Shown here: positions 63,482 through 64,000 of the stretch, piece by piece
How the letters are laid out: the number at the start of each line of letters is the position of its first letter
Numbering within the stretch: the first letter of the stretch is position 1
NCBI GenBank assembly: GCA_964187785.1
Contig: OZ076409.1
Span: forward strand, 75,828,001-75,892,000
Source: Amphiscolops sp. MND2022
Lineage: Eukaryota
DNA: 64,000 nt
Direction of reading: 5' to 3'
Notes under the pieces: generated by a model
Told to the model about the DNA's origin: nothing
Databases searched by the model: none
What the model saw: the letters and a program-made list of their open reading frames with translations, nothing else
Program-made: the position numbers and the translations under genes

Positions 63482-63512
63482 TTGCCCCGGCCACGCAGTG
63501 AGCCGAGGGCAA
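63482..63512 (+). other. Conserved hairpin ~70 nt downstream of the Rep-helicase stop (element 2)
   Basis: TTGCCC-CGGC-CAC-GCA-GTG-A-GCCG-A-GGGCAA. It has the same ACGCAGTG apex with different but still paired stems. Confidence 0.7.
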
Positions 63513-63972
63513 GCTTTATTCAAACTATAGATGAACATCCTTTTTTGTTGAAAAGTTCTTTGATTATACTTTGCCTTTGCTCATTTTTTCAACGTTCCTT
63601 TGTAAATATATACTGATAAAATTGTCACCCGTTGATAATATTACCAGTTGACACTGAAGTTGACACCAGTCAAGAAAAAAAATAATTATCTGACTGGAAC
63701 AAAAAAAGACAAAAAAAACAAGATGGCAAGATTGTTGAAACAGTTCAATTCTTCAACTTCGATAATCTTTTCCTTAACATATTTTTACCATCACGTGGAG
63801 GGAAATAGAAAAACATTTCTACAGTTAATTAGTTCGAAAGAGAAAAATTAGACAGTATTTAGACGCAGTAGTGATGTTGTACATCGAAAGAAATGAAAAT
63901 GTGTCGAGAAACATAACTTTATTGTGTTTTTAGATAGCTTTGTCTTCAATCGAGACTGAAACAAGATTCAAA

Positions 63973-64000
63973 ATGCCCATCATTAATAAAGATTTGTCGG
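63973..64000 (+). CDS. ORF2 homolog of element 2, 5' fragment cut by the window end
   Basis: ATGCCCATCATTAATAAAGATTTGTCG encodes MPIINKDLS, versus MPIINKNLS at 21514. It occupies the same position downstream of the Rep-helicase gene. Confidence 0.75.

Larger units (their letters stand above)
53845..64000 (+). mobile_element. Autonomous-type Helitron-like element 2 (truncated by the window end)
   Basis: Starts at a CTAG-GTG junction. The first ~800 bp are unit-like, largely matching the unit at 52578. From ~54674 (TTTATATAGG...GGCGATACGGTTCGTT) it parallels element 1 from ~12001. It has an intact Rep-helicase ORF and the start of ORF2. Confidence 0.85.

Overview
Eukaryotic DNA (spliceosomal-type splice signals, no prokaryotic operons) that appears to consist entirely of one head-to-tail array of rolling-circle (Helitron-superfamily-like) elements. 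I count 34 junctions with the core CTRG-GTG. They delimit 32 complete short non-coding units (30 of 1259-1317 bp, plus divergent units of 1389 and 1059 bp), one complete 12.2 kb autonomous-type element (11108-23337) and the start of a second, diverged one (53845 to the window end). Each long element encodes a ~2330-2340 aa protein: Cys-rich N-terminus, HUH/Y2 Rep, PIF1-like SF1 helicase and a C-terminal SLX1-like GIY-YIG domain that looks degenerate. A second, apparently spliced gene follows (possibly an OB-fold ssDNA-binding protein). The long elements share their first ~800-880 bp with the short units, and element 1 also shares its last ~90 bp, so the short units look like non-autonomous partners. 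Neighbouring units are often different, mosaic subfamilies joined precisely at the same junction. This suggests a self-targeting array built by site-specific joining at its own end junction (inference). Several conserved, partly covarying hairpins occur in the units and in the long elements. The host species and chromosomal location cannot be determined from this window. The many short ORFs in the repeats are judged spurious.
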